32,000 nt of DNA from Fodinisporobacter ferrooxydans (GTDB taxonomy: Bacteria; Bacillota; Bacilli; Tumebacillales; MYW30-H2), in NCBI RefSeq assembly GCF_022818495.1, contig NZ_CP089291.1, positions 765,536-797,535 of the forward strand, in the 5' to 3' direction. The translations under genes were made by a program, and so were the position numbers. The notes under the pieces are model-generated. The model ran no database searches. It saw only the letters and a list, made by a program, of their open reading frames with translations, and was not told the origin of the DNA. Shown here one piece after another: positions 8,910 through 18,933 of this stretch. Every line of letters starts with the position of its first letter. Positions within the stretch are counted from its first letter, which is position 1.

Positions 8910-11288
8910 TTATTTCACATTCGGATATGGGGCGTTTCCTTTTGTCGCTCTCCAGAGGATCTTGTTTAAGACATCTGACGGTACCATGTCTTCTTTGCTG
9001 AAGTCCAGTTTCGCAGAAAGCTCCGCTGCCGGTGCGTTTTGCCCATTGATTGCGTTCAAAGGATATTCCGGGCTTGCAACTGTATATGGAGCCATGTTTG
9101 GATCTTTTGTAAATGCATTCAGCATCGGTGTCGCCGCTGCGTCATACTGAGTCATCGGCTTCATGCCCAGAATCAATTCCATGGTCTTCAGCATGGACGC
9201 CGTATCGTAGAATGTGCTGTCCACTTTTCCCGTTTGCGTGTATGGACTGATCACCAAGGATTCTGTCCGGTGTGCGTCTACATGGTCGTATCCATTTTGC
9301 GCGTCATCTTCCGTCACAAAAATAGCCGTACTTTTCCAGTCTTTCGAATGACTGACTGTATCCACCAATTGTCCCAAAGCGTAATCATTTTGTGCGACCA
9401 TTGCTTGTGGAGTGAGCGCTCCAGCCTTGGTTCCTGACGTATGGTCATTTGGCAGACGGACAATTTCCAATTGTGGCAAACTGCCATTTTGCTCGAATTG
9501 ATTGAACTCTTTTTTCCACTCGCTGATACGATCAAGGTCTGAGATAGTCAAATTCCAACCGGGGTAATTGGGGTCATATCGATTTCCGATACTAGGATCG
9601 GTTGGAAGCCATTGCCCTTTATTCGTGTCATAATTCATAAATTCCCCATAGTCGCGGAATGACACATTCGCTTGTATTGCGTTGTCCCACAGAAAACCTG
9701 CTTTTGGATATGTAGCGCTGTTGGTGCCTTCGAAATCATATCCTCTGTTCCGACCAGAATAGTTTGCCATCCAGTTCTTTTCTACATAGTCGTTCGATTT
9801 TGCGCCAGTCGCCCAGTTATGGCCTTGTGCGCTGATTTCTGCGTCTGCATAGAAGTTATCAAGTGTAACAAACTGATTGGCAAGTTTGTGCAGGTTTGGC
9901 GTGATTGTTTTTCCGAACATCGTCAAGCTCGGATCGCCGTTTCCTTTGCCCAAATCCCCAAACACTTGGTCATATGTGCGATTTTCCTTAATTACGTAGA
10001 TGATGTGTTTGATGGGGGATTTTTGTGAAAGGTGTCTTGGAATCACGAATTCATGATTTGACTGGCCATTCCGTTCACCATGTTGATCTTGTATAAAACG
10101 GTCATTGTTTTTTACTTGTTCTGTATATTGCGCCAACTGGCCCTGATCGGGAGCAGCGATGAACGATAGGGTTCCGTCAATCATATTGCCGATATACTGT
10201 TTTTGCGTATTAGGACCGGCGCCTAAGCCTTTCGCATTCAGCACCATCAATTGCTTGCCGTCTGCGCTTACTTGCACGGCGGTCGGATACCATGCGGTTG
10301 GAATCAATCCTTTCACATTTCCTTTTGCCAGATCAATGACTGCGATATCATTATTTCCGGCGTTGGCGACATATAATTTTTGACCGTCCGGACTTACGGC
10401 CAGAGCATCCGGCTGGGAGCCCGTCGGCGCACTGTGATAAGGCGCAAGAGAGATCGTTTTGCTTACGCTTTGCGACTTTGGATCGATGACGGAGATTTCA
10501 TCACTATCGGAATTTGCCACATAGATTTGATGATTGACCGGATTTTCGGCAATCGCATTTGGATGCAGACCAACTTTGATCGTCTTTTCAACTGTCATGT
10601 TGCCGACGTTGATTGCCGTAACGCTGCTTTCTCCCCAATTGCTGACATATAGAGTTTTTCCATCTTGGCTAAGAAATGCCGTATAGGGGTTTTGCCCAAC
10701 CGGGGTTGTTGTTGTAATTTGTCCGGAAGCCAGATCAATATGGGAAACGGAGTTATTCATATTGTCTGCAACATACAACGATTTCCCATCTGGAGATACG
10801 GACAATCCGGCGGGATAAAAATTGGTGTTATTAGAATCCTTCATTAAAATTGGATTTTGTTCCGTTAGTGTGCCGTCGTGAAAAGAGAATACACGGATTT
10901 TGTTATTCCCTCCGGCAGATGCGTACAATGTTTTGCCGTCCGGACTAAAAGCAACTCCCAGGTAAAGAGCTTCCTTCGACTGATATGGGATGGTTTGAAT
11001 GACTTTTTGGGCGTTTAGATCAACGACTTGCAATGACTGTGTGCCTTGCCCGTCATTCGATACGACCAAATACCGATGATCCGGACTGACTGCACCGCCC
11101 ATGGGGAAGTCGCCCAGTGTCAGTTGTTTACCGGCAGGCGTGAGATACCAGCCATCCGATGCAACTCCTGTCCCATCCGCTTGCGGACCTGCTGCCATTT
11201 GCTCTGCCGCAAACGCAGAACCGGTTCCAAAAACAAGTGCAGCTACTGCTACTGACGCAACCTTTTTGCTCCATCCGATGTTTTTCAT
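8910..11288 (-). CDS. secreted fusion protein: YVTN/YncE-type beta-propeller + PLC/AcpA-type phosphoesterase domain
   Basis: 792 aa. The N-terminal signal peptide ends ...GSAFAAEQ. Repeated SPDGKxLYVAN...VxVID blades fill about residues 60-350. The C-terminal half starts with IIYVIKENRTYDQVFG, the phosphoesterase-family (PF04185-like) signature. GGAGGAGG SD upstream. Confidence 0.85.
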   Translation of the reverse strand: MKNIGWSKKVASVAVAALVFGTGSAFAAEQMAAGPQADGTGVASDGWYLTPAGKQLTLGDFPMGGAVSPDHRYLVVSNDGQGTQSLQVVDLNAQKVIQTIPYQSKEALYLGVAFSPDGKTLYASAGGNNKIRVFSFHDGTLTEQNPILMKDSNNTNFYPAGLSVSPDGKSLYVADNMNNSVSHIDLASGQITTTTPVGQNPYTAFLSQDGKTLYVSNWGESSVTAINVGNMTVEKTIKVGLHPNAIAENPVNHQIYVANSDSDEISVIDPKSQSVSKTISLAPYHSAPTGSQPDALAVSPDGQKLYVANAGNNDIAVIDLAKGNVKGLIPTAWYPTAVQVSADGKQLMVLNAKGLGAGPNTQKQYIGNMIDGTLSFIAAPDQGQLAQYTEQVKNNDRFIQDQHGERNGQSNHEFVIPRHLSQKSPIKHIIYVIKENRTYDQVFGDLGKGNGDPSLTMFGKTITPNLHKLANQFVTLDNFYADAEISAQGHNWATGAKSNDYVEKNWMANYSGRNRGYDFEGTNSATYPKAGFLWDNAIQANVSFRDYGEFMNYDTNKGQWLPTDPSIGNRYDPNYPGWNLTISDLDRISEWKKEFNQFEQNGSLPQLEIVRLPNDHTSGTKAGALTPQAMVAQNDYALGQLVDTVSHSKDWKSTAIFVTEDDAQNGYDHVDAHRTESLVISPYTQTGKVDSTFYDTASMLKTMELILGMKPMTQYDAAATPMLNAFTKDPNMAPYTVASPEYPLNAINGQNAPAAELSAKLDFSKEDMVPSDVLNKILWRATKGNAPYPNVK

Positions 11289-11366
11289 TTCTCTTCCTCC
11301 TCCTGTTGACGCACAATAGGTTTTTTCTATTTCTTTGTCTAAGGAAAAGCTTGTTGCACTTTCATG

Positions 11367-11406
11367 CTACAAGAATGATGTAAATCTATTGTTTGTTATT
11401 GGTTAA
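11367..11406 (-). promoter_or_regulatory. PhoP-box-like array (four hexamers at 11-12 bp periodicity)
   Basis: Minus strand reads TTAACC-N5-CAAACA-N5-TTTACA-N6-TTGTAG, compared with the B. subtilis PhoP consensus TT(A/T/C)ACA-N(5+/-2). It lies about 80 nt upstream of a phosphoesterase gene. No convincing -10 was identified. Confidence 0.3.
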
Positions 11407-11537
11407 AATACTGTTAAATTCTATTTATTCCATTTATTCACTTGGTTTTACGATTATTTTTAACTACAATAGAAAAATACACAGCATCCAATTCATTCAA
11501 TTGGAAATATTTTCATTTTTTCGCTTACATGTTTTCA

Positions 11538-11570
11538 ATAAAAAAAGACGACACATCTGTCGCCTTTTTC
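11538..11570 (-). terminator. rho-independent terminator after the 542-aa phosphoesterase gene
   Basis: Minus-strand GGCGACA-gatg-TGTCGTC is followed by TTTTTTTAT. The plus strand also has a T-run, so it may act in both directions. Confidence 0.75.
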
Positions 11571-11596
11571 TACTGTTTGAAGGAATCAGGTATAAA

Positions 11597-13225
11597 TTAT
11601 TTGTTACTGTTATTGTCGTTATTGTTGCTGTTATTGATTACTTCCCCTGTTATAGGATCCAAGAACAATTTCTTGCTTTGAGGATCGTGCTTAAAATCGA
11701 ACATATTCGTTAAAGAGTTGGAGGCAGCATCATAGGATCCGTCGCCGATCCGGCCCAAATTCCAGTTATCCTCGATAAAGCGGAGAATCGAAGCTTGGTT
11801 TGTTACCGTATGATCGACAAAATTCTGTTTCGCATAGGGAGAAATCACCAGCAGCGGTATACGTGGGCCAAGACCGGCGCGATCCAGATAGGAACCGAGT
11901 TTTGGAGTACCGGCGTTTCCAATGCCGAATAAAATATCTGTTTTCGGATCGTTCGAACCATTTAGGAGCGGATTTGCCATGACATGATCATACCAGCCAT
12001 CCGAGTCATCGTAGTTAATGATGACTGCGGTATTTTTCCATTCCGGCAGTTGTTGCAGATGATTGATTGTTTCAACAATAAAATGTTGCTCGTCGATAGG
12101 ATCTGAATACCCCGCATGTCCGTCTTGATACATAGGAGCTTTCAGAAAACTGACTGCAGGCATGTTGCCGGAATCTGCGGCCGTCCAGAAGTCCGACATG
12201 CCATATTGGTGGTTGGCCTGATCCGTATGACCGATCATTTGTGCCGATGTCGGAGGCAAATGGTTCGGATTCGCTGTAGATTTATAGTACTGGAACGGTT
12301 CATGGTGCGGACTGTAATCCGTTACCTGAGCGCCGCCGACATTTGTGGATTTGCGGTTTGGATCCCGAAAGCCGCCTTCAAACCAGCCCCATGTAACGTT
12401 CTTTGTATTTAAAAGATCCCCGATGTTCTTGCCAGTCATTTCAACGGTATTTCCTTTGGACGCCTTGTCAAAGTACGGGTCAACGTCGCTATATAAGGTA
12501 CCATTGGTGTTTAACGCATTTTTAATAATGACTCCATTCGCATCGGGCGCAAGTTTTTTTGATGTTGGGTCTGTAACATTTGCGCTGTATCCGATTGCTC
12601 CATGTGTTTGCCCGGAAATGAGATTTAGCGCCCCTGGTGTGGACGGGCCAAATGTCGTTCCGAAAGAGTTGTCGCTCATCGCAAAATTTTGCGCATAATT
12701 CCATAATCCCGTTACGGTATTGCCGTCATAGTAGTTCATAACGATTGATGGATCCTGTCCCTTGACCGGCCAGTCGCCTTTACCGGTGTTTTGCACGAAT
12801 TTATCCATTTTTCCGCCGTCAAACGCTGCCTGTTCTGCCGTGTACCCATGATCCATATCGTCTGTGATCGGCTGAGAACGATCCAGGCGTTGCGGATTTG
12901 CCAAGTTTGGATTGTTTTTTAAGAGATCCGGAGTCAAACCGTTTACTTTCGGCGTATTTGGTTTTGCTACGAATTTTGGTTCACCCGCCGGATTCTTTGC
13001 ATTGGGATATGTACCAAAATAATGATCAAACGAGACATTTTCCCCAAAAATTACAACTACATGTTTAATAGGAGTAGTAGTTTGCGCAGCGTCATTGCCG
13101 TTCGCCACATTTGCCCCATAATTGCTCTCAAATCCAGAAGCGAACGTTGATAACGGCATAGCAAAAATAGAACTAAGTGCAACGATGCTTCCTGCCACTC
13201 CCATTGCCGTTTTCTTCAGTTTCAT
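11597..13225 (-). CDS. secreted PLC/AcpA-type phosphoesterase (non-haemolytic phospholipase C / acid phosphatase family)
   Basis: 542 aa with a signal peptide (...STFASG). Signature HVVVIFGENVSFDHYFGTYP. Asn-rich C-terminal tail NNSNNNDNNSNK. AAGGAGTGGAG SD upstream. Confidence 0.85.
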   Translation of the reverse strand: MKLKKTAMGVAGSIVALSSIFAMPLSTFASGFESNYGANVANGNDAAQTTTPIKHVVVIFGENVSFDHYFGTYPNAKNPAGEPKFVAKPNTPKVNGLTPDLLKNNPNLANPQRLDRSQPITDDMDHGYTAEQAAFDGGKMDKFVQNTGKGDWPVKGQDPSIVMNYYDGNTVTGLWNYAQNFAMSDNSFGTTFGPSTPGALNLISGQTHGAIGYSANVTDPTSKKLAPDANGVIIKNALNTNGTLYSDVDPYFDKASKGNTVEMTGKNIGDLLNTKNVTWGWFEGGFRDPNRKSTNVGGAQVTDYSPHHEPFQYYKSTANPNHLPPTSAQMIGHTDQANHQYGMSDFWTAADSGNMPAVSFLKAPMYQDGHAGYSDPIDEQHFIVETINHLQQLPEWKNTAVIINYDDSDGWYDHVMANPLLNGSNDPKTDILFGIGNAGTPKLGSYLDRAGLGPRIPLLVISPYAKQNFVDHTVTNQASILRFIEDNWNLGRIGDGSYDAASNSLTNMFDFKHDPQSKKLFLDPITGEVINNSNNNDNNSNK

Positions 13226-13383
13226 TTCTCTCCACTCCTTAAAGTGTTTTTCTATGTTTTTATGTTTCTATCATTGAGAATAAAGCATTTATGTAAATAG
13301 GCGATTAAGACAAATTTAATATATGGTAAAATTTGAGTATGTTTACATGCAAACAAAAAAGGCGCGACCTCATAAGAGCCAAG

Positions 13384-14292
13384 TCACGCAGGTTTGAATC
13401 CTTCCCCTAACACTTCATGTGCATCTGACACGATCACGAACGCATTCGGGTCAATGGTGCGAATGAGATCTTTTAACCGGGATACTTCCGATTGGTATAC
13501 GACGCACATCAGTAAAGGGCGCTCTTCTCCGGTATATCCGCCCGTTGCCGTAAGTTTGGTTACGCCCCGGTCGATGTCGTACAGCAGTCCTTCGCGAACT
13601 TCTTCCACTTTTGACGTAATGATATAGGCGACTTTTGCCCGGCTGATTCCTTCTTGCACAAAGTCAATCGTTTTCGATGTGATAAAAAGAGAAATCAATG
13701 CATATAATACCCGTTCCACGCCAAACACGATGGCGGCCGTCAATATGATCGATCCATCGATGAAAAGCAATAAAAATCCCGGCTGTTTTCCGATATAATG
13801 CTGCAGCAAGCGAGCGACCAGATCCGTCCCGCCGGTGGTGGCACGCCCCCGAAACACGATTCCCAGTCCCAACCCCAGCAGCAGCCCGCCGTAAATGGAT
13901 GCCAACAGCGCTTCATGTGTCAGAGGATGCTCCAACAGCGGCGATGTCAATTTGAAAAATAAAGACAAGCTAAGAGTTCCATATAAAGTTTTCAGTCCGA
14001 AATGACTGCCGCCAAGTTTCCAGACACCCACTAAGAACAACGGAATATTCAAAAGCAAATTGGTAATATAAATGGGTATTCCCGTCAATTTAAACAGGAT
14101 AATCCCAATCCCCGTAAGTCCGCCTGTTACCGTATTATTGGGTGCAAAAATCCAGTTGACTGCAATCGAAATCATGAAAACGCCAATCGTAATCAGTACA
14201 TAATCACGAATCGCATATTCCGAACGGTCTTTGCCTCTCCGCAACGGTTTTTGCAATGGTTTCTTTTCCAATGGCCACACCTCATCATGCAT
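13384..14292 (-). CDS. YitT-family membrane protein (DUF2179 C-terminal domain)
   Basis: Multi-TM N-terminal part plus a soluble C-terminal domain, typical of the YitT family. Start is uncertain: none of the candidates (14373 GTG, 14292 ATG) has a good SD. 14292 was chosen because it gives a family-typical length. Confidence 0.8.
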   Translation of the reverse strand: MHDEVWPLEKKPLQKPLRRGKDRSEYAIRDYVLITIGVFMISIAVNWIFAPNNTVTGGLTGIGIILFKLTGIPIYITNLLLNIPLFLVGVWKLGGSHFGLKTLYGTLSLSLFFKLTSPLLEHPLTHEALLASIYGGLLLGLGLGIVFRGRATTGGTDLVARLLQHYIGKQPGFLLLFIDGSIILTAAIVFGVERVLYALISLFITSKTIDFVQEGISRAKVAYIITSKVEEVREGLLYDIDRGVTKLTATGGYTGEERPLLMCVVYQSEVSRLKDLIRTIDPNAFVIVSDAHEVLGEGFKPA

Positions 14293-14445
14293 CCAGCATC
14301 TAAACATATATGTATAATCGTTATAAATAAAAACCTGCCTGAAGCTGCAATGCATTCCATTGCAATTCTTCACGCAGGCACGTTCCTACTTTGCTACACT
14401 TGTCTTATGACTCTTATGACGCATCATTCTTTGATTCCGCCATCT

Positions 14446-15577
14446 CTACTCATCTGCCGCTTCCGTTTGCAACTCCAGTTGTTTGCGCAAATAGGCATCG
14501 ATAAAACTATCGATTTCCCCATCCATCACTGCTTGGACATTACCGATTTCCGCACCCGTGCGATGGTCTTTGACTAATGAATACGGATGAAATACATAGG
14601 AGCGAATCTGGCTTCCCCATGCGATCTCTTTCTGTTCGCCCCGCAGTTCGGCCAATTCTTTTTCCTGCTCTTCCCGCTTTTTCTCATACAAACGGGCTGC
14701 CAAAATCTTCATTGCCATCTGCCGATTCTTGATCTGCGACCGTTCCGACTGGCATGTTACCACGATTCCGGACGGCAAGTGGGTAATCCGTACCGCCGAA
14801 TCCGTTGTATTGATATGTTGGCCGCCCGCCCCAGTGGATCGATAGGTGTCGACTTTTAAATCTTCTTGTCGAATATCAATATCCACATTTTCGTCAATTT
14901 CCGGCATCGCATCGACAGAAACGAAGGAAGTATGCCGACGGCCCGACGCATCGAAAGGCGAAATTCGCACAAGACGATGAACGCCCCGCTCGGAACGGAG
15001 ATAGCCGTATGCGTTATATCCCTTAATGAGCAGTGTTACACTTTTGATGCCCGCTTCATCGCCTGCCAGGTAATCCAATGTCTCCACTTTAAAATCCCGC
15101 TTTTCCGCCCAACGGGTATACATCCGCAAAAGCATGGACGCCCAGTCTTGGGACTCTGTGCCGCCGGCGCCCGGATGAATTTCCAAAATGGCATTGTTGT
15201 GATCGTATTGCTCGTTTAACAACAATTCCAACTCGAAAGATTCCATTTGTTTTTGCAAATCCCGGACACCCTTATCCACTTCCCGAAACGCATCTGCGTC
15301 CCCTTCTTCCTGAGACAAGTCGAGGAGGACTTCCAGATCGTCAAACCCTTGCTGCAATGCATCCATTCGATCCACAAGACTTTTCAGACCGTTATTCTCC
15401 GCTATTACTTTTTGTGCCGCTTCTTGATCATCCCAAAAAGAGGCAGCGGCCATTTTTCCTTCCAACTCTTCGATCCGCTGCTTTTTTCCAGGTAAGTCAA
15501 AGAGACCTCCCGATATCCGCAAGACGTTTGGATATAAATGCTAAATCTTGCCGTAATTCTCCATATGTTTCTGCCAT
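14446..15577 (-). CDS. prfB: peptide chain release factor 2, two reading frames joined by programmed +1 frameshift
   Basis: Frame 0 (15577-15500) encodes [26 protein letters not shown] and then hits TGA. After a +1 shift, translation continues [16 protein letters not shown]... (15498-14446). The product contains the RF2 motifs SPF and GGQHINT. Confidence 0.93.
15496..15511 (-). promoter_or_regulatory. RF2 autoregulatory frameshift site
   Basis: Minus strand reads GGGAGG TCT CTT TGA C: an internal SD-like element, a 3-nt spacer, then the slippery CTT followed by TGA C. This is the same architecture as the classical prfB site. Confidence 0.9.
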
Positions 15578-15615
15578 TGCTGCATCATCACCCTCCAAAA
15601 GATATGGGACAAATT

Positions 15616-18012
15616 CTACCCTTGAATCGCTTTTGTTTCGATCGGAGGAGTCGGTTCTTCGATGCCAATATGCGCCTTGAAGACATATGTTGCGACTTCT
15701 TCACGGATGCTGTGAATCATTTCCTCGAACATATCGAAGCCTTCCATCCGATATTCGACAAGAGGGTCTTTCTGACCGTACGCCCGCAAGTGAATCCCTT
15801 GACGCAAATGATCCATGGCATCAATATGGTCCATCCATTTGCCATCGACGGAACGCAATAAAATCATGCGCTCCAACTGTCCCATCAATTCGCCAAGCAT
15901 TTCTTCCCGCTTCTGATACTCCTCTTCCACAACGCCATGCATAAATTCAAGGATTTCTTCCCGGGTTTTGCCTTGAAGATCATCCATTGCAATCCGGTCA
16001 TGCGCAAGGAAGGTGTGTTCCGCATAATCGATAAAACCTTGCAGATCCCATTCTTCCGGCAACTGTTCCGCATTGCAGTACGTATCCAGCATAAAGTCCA
16101 GCAGGTCATGCACCATGCCGACCACAATATCCCGCAATTCCTCTCTCTGCAGGATTTCACGACGCTGCTTGTAGATAACTTCCCTTTGTGTATTCATGAC
16201 ATCGTCAAAACGCAACACGTGTTTCCGAATGTCGAAGTTGTTGCCTTCCACCCGCTTTTGCGCACTTTCGATCGCTCTTGATACAAGGCGGTTCTCAATC
16301 GGCTGATCTTCTTCCAGACCTAGCTTTTCCATGATGTTCATGATGTTTTCCGCGCCGAACAAACGCATCAGATCGTCTTCCAGCGACAAGAAGAACTGAG
16401 AGGATCCCGGATCTCCCTGACGTCCGGCACGTCCCCGCAGCTGATTGTCAATCCGGCGGCTTTCATGACGCTCTGTGCCGATAATGTGCAAGCCGCCAAG
16501 CTCTGTGGCGCCATCTTTCAAGATGATGTCCGTTCCCCGTCCGGCCATATTTGTCGCGATCGTCACAGAACCTTTGCGGCCTGCTTCCGCCACAATTTCC
16601 GCTTCCCGCTCGTGCTGCTTTGCATTTAGCACGTGATGCGGAATGCCGCGTTTCTTCAACATCTCAGACAGCAATTCCGATTTCTGAATGGACGTTGTTC
16701 CGACAAGAATCGGTTGTCCCTGTTCGTGCCGTTTTACGATTTCCTCCACAACCGCGCGGAATTTTCCGCGTTCATTTTTGTAAATCACATCTGGCAGATC
16801 TTCGCGGATATTTGGCATATTCGTCGGAATTACCACCACATCCATGCCGTAAATGCTGCGCAATTCCTCTTCTTCCGTCTTCCCTGTCCCTGTCATGCCT
16901 GACAGTTTCTGATACATGCGGAAATAGTTCTGCAACGTAATCGTTGCCAATGTCTTGCTTTCATTTTGAACGCGGACGCCTTCTTTTGCTTCGATTGCCT
17001 GATGCAAACCTTCACTGTAGCGGCGTCCGATCATCAAACGCCCGGTAAATTCATCGACGATAATCACTTCATCATTTTGCACCACATAATCCCGATCCCG
17101 TTTGAACAGGGCATGTGCCTTCAGCGCTTGCTGAATATGGTGATTGAACGTTATATAATTGGGGTCAAACAGATTCGGAATCTGGAAATATTTTTCCGCC
17201 TTCTTTGTCCCTTGATCTGTCAGATTGACAGCCCTTGCCTTTTCATCCACCGTGTAATCATTTTCCTCGCCTTCCTTCAGACCCAGGACAAACAGATTGG
17301 CGCGGATGTAGAGTTCTGTAGACTTTTCCGCAGGCCCCGAGATGATCAGCGGAGTCCTCGCTTCATCGATCAGGATGCTGTCGACCTCGTCGACGATGGA
17401 ATAAAACAAGTCACGCTGCACCATTTGTTCTTTTGATGTGACCATATTGTCGCGCAGATAGTCAAAACCGAACTCGTTATTGGTGCCATATGTGATATCT
17501 GCCGTATAGGCCGCCTGTTTTTGGTTGTGATCCATGTTGGCGATATTCAGGCCAACTGTCAGACCCAGGAAACGGTGGACTTGTCCCATCTGTTCACTGT
17601 CGCGTCTTGCCAGGTAATCATTGACGGTGATCACATGAACCCCTTGTCCGGCAAGAGCATTCAAATACGACGGAAGCGTGGCGACTAATGTTTTCCCTTC
17701 CCCTGTCTTCATTTCCGCTACACGACCTTGATGCAAGACGATACCGCCCAGCAGCTGAACATCAAAGTGGCGCATGCCCAGAACCCTCTTGGATGCCTCG
17801 CGAACGACTGCAAATGCTTCCGGCAACAAATCGTCAAGAGACTCGCCATTTGCATAGCGCTCTTTAAACTCGTCTGTCTTGCCGCGCAACTGCTCATCGC
17901 TTAACGCTTCAATTTCCGGTTCCAAGGAATTGATAAAATCGACCGTTTTTAATAGACGCTTCACTTCACGATCATTTGTAGTACCTACCATTTTTTTAAG
18001 CAGGCCGATCAA
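15616..18012 (-). CDS. secA: preprotein translocase ATPase SecA
   Basis: About 800 aa, full-length SecA ([10 protein letters not shown] Walker [20 protein letters not shown]). The likely start is the TTG at 18012, giving MIGLLKK..., 9 nt after AGAGGGGTGG. The ORF-track GTG at 18021 touches the SD. Confidence 0.95.
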   Translation of the reverse strand: MIGLLKKMVGTTNDREVKRLLKTVDFINSLEPEIEALSDEQLRGKTDEFKERYANGESLDDLLPEAFAVVREASKRVLGMRHFDVQLLGGIVLHQGRVAEMKTGEGKTLVATLPSYLNALAGQGVHVITVNDYLARRDSEQMGQVHRFLGLTVGLNIANMDHNQKQAAYTADITYGTNNEFGFDYLRDNMVTSKEQMVQRDLFYSIVDEVDSILIDEARTPLIISGPAEKSTELYIRANLFVLGLKEGEENDYTVDEKARAVNLTDQGTKKAEKYFQIPNLFDPNYITFNHHIQQALKAHALFKRDRDYVVQNDEVIIVDEFTGRLMIGRRYSEGLHQAIEAKEGVRVQNESKTLATITLQNYFRMYQKLSGMTGTGKTEEEELRSIYGMDVVVIPTNMPNIREDLPDVIYKNERGKFRAVVEEIVKRHEQGQPILVGTTSIQKSELLSEMLKKRGIPHHVLNAKQHEREAEIVAEAGRKGSVTIATNMAGRGTDIILKDGATELGGLHIIGTERHESRRIDNQLRGRAGRQGDPGSSQFFLSLEDDLMRLFGAENIMNIMEKLGLEEDQPIENRLVSRAIESAQKRVEGNNFDIRKHVLRFDDVMNTQREVIYKQRREILQREELRDIVVGMVHDLLDFMLDTYCNAEQLPEEWDLQGFIDYAEHTFLAHDRIAMDDLQGKTREEILEFMHGVVEEEYQKREEMLGELMGQLERMILLRSVDGKWMDHIDAMDHLRQGIHLRAYGQKDPLVEYRMEGFDMFEEMIHSIREEVATYVFKAHIGIEEPTPPIETKAIQG

Positions 18013-18275
18013 AGAACCCACCCCTCTTTCTTTTCAATACGTTCCAAGAGCTTTCAAAACTATCGTAAGAATGTCCTCGATAACTGGAATCAGATAACTT
18101 TCATTCAAAAATGAAAATTCGAATCAAAAACAGAACAAAAATGTACACAATCGCTCTAGGTTAAAATTTTATCATCAATTCGAAAATAAGTACAACCCAT
18201 TGCTTGGCATTTATTGTGTCATTTTTTGCAAAAATAATTATAGAGCAGGATTCGGACATAAGAAACCGGGAAATA

Positions 18276-18311
18276 TAGAAAAATGCCCGGATGCATGGCG
18301 CATGCGGGCAA
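18276..18311 (-). terminator. terminator after the 83-aa membrane protein gene
   Basis: Minus-strand TGCCCG-15 nt-CGGGCA (18310-18284) is followed by TTTTTCTATATTT. Confidence 0.55.
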
Positions 18312-18364
18312 CCGAACGACACAGCGGATACGATGACAACCGGTTGCGGCACTTAACCGGGCAG

Positions 18365-18616
18365 CTAGGATCTTCGCTCCGATTGGCGCACTTCCAAATC
18401 GCCTTTTAATAGACCCGCCAATGCAGCAATCAAGATAACCAGCCACCACTTCGTAAATGGAATCCATAAGAAAGCAACGAACAAGATTGCCAAGACGATT
18501 TCCAGCAAGATCGGATGAATAAAAAACCGTTTGCGGACATTCCACCAAACCAAATGAAACACGTTATACACCATTAAAAATACGACAAACTGCGCAATCC
18601 ACTCCAATGCTTTCAT
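18365..18616 (-). CDS. 83-aa membrane protein, function unknown
   Basis: GGAGG lies 9 nt upstream of the ATG. Two or three predicted TM helices and a charged C-terminal tail. No family recognised. Confidence 0.6.
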   Translation of the reverse strand: MKALEWIAQFVVFLMVYNVFHLVWWNVRKRFFIHPILLEIVLAILFVAFLWIPFTKWWLVILIAALAGLLKGDLEVRQSERRS

Positions 18617-18933
18617 AGACTTTCACCTCCTGCCACCAATGTATGCATGGCGATCCGGGCGGGTGCCTATCCAAAATCAAAAATGCTTGCACTTATTTTT
18701 TGCGCGTATTTTCTCATGCGTATTTTTTCGTACACGCTTTAAAGGTCTGACCTTTCCTCTTTATCTATGTATGTTTTTTGTTTTCAGTCTGACGTCGGTC
18801 TTTTAGAGGATGTTCAAAAAGTAGTCAAAACTCCACGGCGGATTGCTTTGCCGAATCCCAAAAAGGCTTACTCATGTACCAAACACGTACACTCCGTCGC
18901 CTTTTCGTACTTCGGCTTCGCACTCCTTGTGTC

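Noticed and set aside
13330-13383. Intrinsic terminator after the YitT gene
   Set aside because: There is a good T-run (minus strand TTTTTTG), but only a 4-bp stem (AGGU-cgc-GCCU) precedes it. That is too weak to call.
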